From positions 1-49,060 of the forward strand of contig JBIKLL010000014.1 in assembly GCA_044359815.1 (NCBI GenBank): a DNA stretch of 49,060 bases, written 5' to 3'. A program made the translations under genes and the position numbers. Position 1 is the first letter of the stretch. Each line of letters starts with the position of its first letter. A model generated the notes under the pieces. The model was not told where the DNA came from. It worked only from the letters and a program-made list of their open reading frames with translations, and made no database searches. Shown one piece after another: positions 45,517-49,060 of the stretch. Source of the stretch: Pseudobdellovibrionaceae bacterium. GTDB taxonomy: Bacteria > Bdellovibrionota > Bdellovibrionia > Bdellovibrionales > Bdellovibrionaceae.

Positions 45517-46526
45517 TTCAAGACTCCCTTCGCCTTAATTTTTTCAATCCATTGGCCGTTTTCAAGATACCACTTAATGGTGTGCAATAATCCCTGTTCA
45601 AAGTTTTTAAATTTTCTGGTGAATCCAAATTCAGACATGGCCTTGGAATCATCAATCGCATACCGCCAATCGTGGCCAGCTCGATCGTCTACAAAATGAA
45701 TCAGATCGGAGTATTTAGATTTCATTGGTTTTAATTCATCCATGACTCTGCAAATGGCGTTCACTAAATCGATGTTTTTCAGCTCGCAACGCCCACCAAA
45801 ACAATAATGCTCCCCAGGCTTCCCCTTTTGCGCCGTCAAAAATATCCCCTCACAATGATCATCAACATAAATCCAATCACGGGTGTTTAACCCTTTACCG
45901 TAAACAGGGATTTTCCGGCCCTCTAGACAGCACAAAATGGTTTTAGGGATCAATTTTTCCGGCAGCTGATTGGGACCATAGTTATTTGAGCAATGAGTGA
46001 TTGAAATGGGCAAACCATAGGTATGGAACCATGCATCACAAAGCAAGTCACCGCTGGCTTTGGTTGCTGAATAGGGTGAATGAGGTTGGTATTTTGATTC
46101 TTCGGTAAAAAACCCCGTATCACCTAAACTTCCAAAAACTTCATCAGTTGAAATCTGAACGTACCGACTGGATTTATTTTTTGCATAATAGTTTTTAAAA
46201 ACCTCCAGGCAATTAAAGGTTCCCAAAATATTTGTATTCACGAACTCAAGCGGACCCAAGATCGAATTATCCACGTGGCTTTCAGCAGCCATATTGATAA
46301 AAACATCAGGCGCAAATTCATTCACAGTTTTGCGTAAAAATTCGATATCGCAGATAGAGCCTTTAACAAACTGGAATTTTTTATTTGAATTCAATGATTC
46401 CAAATTTTCCAAATGGCCAGCATAGGTCAAAGCATCAAAAACCAAAATTTCATGACCCCGATTAACAGCCATCTTACAAAAATTGCTGCCAATAAATCCT
46501 GCGCCACCGGTTATAAGTAATTTCAT
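45513..46526 (-). CDS. rfbB: dTDP-glucose 4,6-dehydratase
   Basis: TGGAGFIGSN, AAESHVD, STDEVFG, PYSATKA, SNNYGP, RDWIYV.DH. Confidence 0.97.
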   Translation of the reverse strand: MKLLITGGAGFIGSNFCKMAVNRGHEILVFDALTYAGHLENLESLNSNKKFQFVKGSICDIEFLRKTVNEFAPDVFINMAAESHVDNSILGPLEFVNTNILGTFNCLEVFKNYYAKNKSSRYVQISTDEVFGSLGDTGFFTEESKYQPHSPYSATKASGDLLCDAWFHTYGLPISITHCSNNYGPNQLPEKLIPKTILCCLEGRKIPVYGKGLNTRDWIYVDDHCEGIFLTAQKGKPGEHYCFGGRCELKNIDLVNAICRVMDELKPMKSKYSDLIHFVDDRAGHDWRYAIDDSKAMSEFGFTRKFKNFEQGLLHTIKWYLENGQWIEKIKAKGVLK

Positions 46527-46566
46527 AGCTTCCTCTAAAGAATCTGGATACTATATTCTACTAGCT

Positions 46567-47913
46567 ATGGCAATTCGTCGATTTTCAAAATTTTTGTTTA
46601 ACTTAAAGCTCTTTGTATTGGGCATTGATCTGTTGTTGCTGTCTGCCGTGACCTATTGTGTGTTTCAATACCGGGTGCTGGATGCAACGGCGACTGATTT
46701 GTTTTCAAGCCCGGGATATTGGTTTTTTGCATTTTCAGCTCTGTTTTTTTGCTATTTATTCGGGTCCTATGACATCGACAAAAGATTTCGCAAGGTTTTA
46801 ATTTCTTGCTTTCTGGGTGTTTTCTTTTCTGCCTTGTTTGTGACCTTTGTAAACTACGTCTTATACAAAGAACGTTCAGGGATTTTTGGTCGAGGCGTCT
46901 TGGTTGGATCATCTCTGGGATTTTTAGTATTAGCCATTTTTCTGAGATTTTTCTTTTCGCAAATTTTTAACAAAATAAAAAGCCAAATCGAATGGACAAT
47001 GTTTGTTGATAAAGAATTTAAGTCTGACATCGAAGCTGACATTAAAAGAAAAAACATAGAGGGCATGTTCAGATGGGAAATCGCCCAACCGCAAATCACT
47101 TGGCATGAAATGCAGAAAATCATCGACAAAAGCAGCCACCTGGTGATTGGCGTTAAACCACAAGCTTTTGATCAAACCGTGAACAACGGGATTTTGGAAA
47201 ACCGACTGAGTGGAAAATCATTTATAGATTTAGCCGAATTTTACGAGCGCTTTTTGGATTGCATGCCCGTTTTTTATTTGAATCCTCAAACTCTGGTTTT
47301 TTCATCGGGCTTTTCACTGCTTGAAAATTCTTATCAAATCAAAACCAAAAGGCTTGCTGATATTCTGTTGGCTGTGTTGGTTTTTGTTTTAACTTGTCCT
47401 TTTCTGCTGTTGACGGCCTTGTTAATTAAATTAACCAGCAAAGGACCTGTTTTTTATTCGCAAATCAGAACGGGCAAAGACGGCAAACCCTTTACGCTGC
47501 ATAAATTTAGATCGATGATCACAGCGGCTGAAAAAGACGGCCCTCAATGGGCCTCATTAAATGACAACAGAATCACAGTTATCGGAAAATTTATCCGCAA
47601 AACCAGGATTGATGAACTGCCTCAGCTATTAAATATCCTCAAGGGCGAAATGAGCTTTATCGGCCCCAGGCCCGAACGACCCGAATTTGATAAGGAACTT
47701 AAAACACAAATTCCTTATTATGATTTGCGATACATTGTCAGACCGGGGCTGACTGGTTGGGCCCAGGTCGAATTTCCTTACGGTGCCAGCATCGATGACT
47801 CTAAAAAGAAACTTCAGTACGAAATTTATTATATTAAAAATTATAGTTTTTATTTTGATTTACTGATTTTGCTAAAAACTTTTCGGGTTGTGTTTTTTGG
47901 CAGGGGCCGATGA
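46567..47913 (+). CDS. Priming undecaprenyl-phosphate sugar phosphotransferase (WbaP/WcaJ-like)
   Basis: N-terminal TM helices; KRLADI, KFRSM, RIDELPQL.N...GEMSFIGPRPER, PGLTGWAQV; start placed at ATG 46567. Confidence 0.93.
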   Translation: MAIRRFSKFLFNLKLFVLGIDLLLLSAVTYCVFQYRVLDATATDLFSSPGYWFFAFSALFFCYLFGSYDIDKRFRKVLISCFLGVFFSALFVTFVNYVLYKERSGIFGRGVLVGSSLGFLVLAIFLRFFFSQIFNKIKSQIEWTMFVDKEFKSDIEADIKRKNIEGMFRWEIAQPQITWHEMQKIIDKSSHLVIGVKPQAFDQTVNNGILENRLSGKSFIDLAEFYERFLDCMPVFYLNPQTLVFSSGFSLLENSYQIKTKRLADILLAVLVFVLTCPFLLLTALLIKLTSKGPVFYSQIRTGKDGKPFTLHKFRSMITAAEKDGPQWASLNDNRITVIGKFIRKTRIDELPQLLNILKGEMSFIGPRPERPEFDKELKTQIPYYDLRYIVRPGLTGWAQVEFPYGASIDDSKKKLQYEIYYIKNYSFYFDLLILLKTFRVVFFGRGR

Positions 47914-49060
47914 AAACAATGCGCTCTTTATTGTTGCTGACTTTTGTTGGCACCCTCAGCTCGCAATCACTGATGGATTTGTTCACAGCGATTTTGTGCC
48001 TGTTTGCTGGTTTTAGTTTATTCCAATTAGACAGAGTCTCAGTCAAAAAACATCTTAGGTTATTTTTTATAAATCCTGCTGTGATCGCTGCTGGCATTTG
48101 GTTTTTATGTGCTGTCGTAGGTTTTGTTTTGGCAAACCCCTCAGATTGGCCTTATTCGACTGAAAGATTGCTGGAATTCAGATGGATTTTGATTTTGTTT
48201 TTTCTGACATTTTCTTTGTTCACTATCAAATTTTCTGAGGCTGACTTGAAACCCGCAGCCATTGTGCTGATTTTATTTTCTGCCTACGCCTGTGGTTTGT
48301 ATTTTTTGGGATTTGATCCATTAAAACCACAGGAATCCATGTCTGCAGCGATGAATATTAATCGCACAGGTGGCTTGATTGGAAATTCTATGACCTTTGC
48401 TCACATGTACAGCTTATTTGCTGTTTTGTTTTTCGCAATTTCATTCAAAGACGGCCTCAGCAAAGAAATTTTAAAATCAGTTTATTTCTGGGCAGGGTTA
48501 TTAACATTTGCAGGAGTGATATTTAGTTTTACCAGGGGCGTTTGGATATCAATGACTGCTGGATTGCTGTTGGCGGGGTTTGTGATTCACAGACGTATCG
48601 GTAGCATGATGCTGGGTGGATTATCACTGGGATTTGTATTGGTGTTTACCGTTTGGCGCGATTTCCGTGAACGAATTTTATACGTGTTTAATCCGACCAG
48701 TTACGATGAAACCCGATTATGGCTTTGGAAAGCCCATCTGAAGATTTTTTCAGACAATCCAGTTTTCGGTGCGGGATACGGATTAAACACACGTAAAATA
48801 CCTGAGGTCTATTCAGCCATAGGCGCACCTGGCGATACCTTGGTAAGCCATGCTCATAATCAGTTTATACATTTGCTGTCGGCCACAGGAATCATTGGCT
48901 GTGCCGCTTACATTTTTATGCAGGGATATTTTATGCTCATCGCTTACAGAACCTTCAGAAATTCCCACAGCGCAATTGATAGGGCTATGGCGATCGGACT
49001 TTTTTGTGCCATGGTAGCTTTTAATATTGGGTCTTTAACAGAATCAAATTTTGAACATGC
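47910..49060 (+). CDS. O-antigen ligase (WaaL/Wzy_C) family protein; runs off the window edge and is absent from the ORF track
   Basis: ATGA overlap; my translation shows many TM helices, RTGG, SFTRGVW, RLWLWK...NPVFGAG and HAHNQFIHLLSATGIIG. Confidence 0.88.
   Translation, partial: MKTMRSLLLLTFVGTLSSQSLMDLFTAILCLFAGFSLFQLDRVSVKKHLRLFFINPAVIAAGIWFLCAVVGFVLANPSDWPYSTERLLEFRWILILFFLTFSLFTIKFSEADLKPAAIVLILFSAYACGLYFLGFDPLKPQESMSAAMNINRTGGLIGNSMTFAHMYSLFAVLFFAISFKDGLSKEILKSVYFWAGLLTFAGVIFSFTRGVWISMTAGLLLAGFVIHRRIGSMMLGGLSLGFVLVFTVWRDFRERILYVFNPTSYDETRLWLWKAHLKIFSDNPVFGAGYGLNTRKIPEVYSAIGAPGDTLVSHAHNQFIHLLSATGIIGCAAYIFMQGYFMLIAYRTFRNSHSAIDRAMAIGLFCAMVAFNIGSLTESNFEH

Noticed and set aside
46483..46566. 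Extended N-terminus of the sugar transferase (also ORF-track starts at 5080, 22964, 29788, 35264, 38536, 41545)
   Set aside because: These overlap neighbouring genes or promoters; downstream ATGs have better RBS, promoter or signal-peptide context.

Overview
About 49 kb of AT-rich bacterial chromosome, most likely Bdellovibrionota. The basis is a Bdellovibrio-type LexA box (TTAC-N3-GTAA) before lexA-imuA-imuB-dnaE2, many secreted or lipoprotein hydrolases and hypotheticals, and FliA- and sigma54-like promoters. In order: (1) a tightly coupled minus-strand operon of a CTP-dependent lipid kinase, pssA, asd, a CFI-box-CTERM surface protein, an outer-membrane barrel and a six-hairpin glycosidase; (2) a perfect 60-bp inverted repeat, an MpaA-type peptidase, tatA, and an apparently inactive phospholipase-D-fold lipoprotein with a small partner; (3) M4 and M28 peptidases, an 835-aa secreted protein, and CBS, cNMP and REC-PilZ-like signalling genes; (4) the SOS mutagenesis cassette; (5) tRNA-Ser(GGA) with a linked repeat, flanked by a DUF4160/RHH toxin-antitoxin-like pair and an accessory block (Fic, ECF sigma module, and a 670-aa secreted protein ending in a RelE-like domain); (6) a surface-glycan locus (colD-like, gmd, glycosyltransferases, methyltransferase, rmlBAC, priming transferase, O-antigen ligase). 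The best candidate for an undescribed system is the secreted, apparently FliA-driven protein with a C-terminal RelE-like domain and no cognate antitoxin, a possible predatory effector. All calls come from reading motifs by eye; no database search was run.
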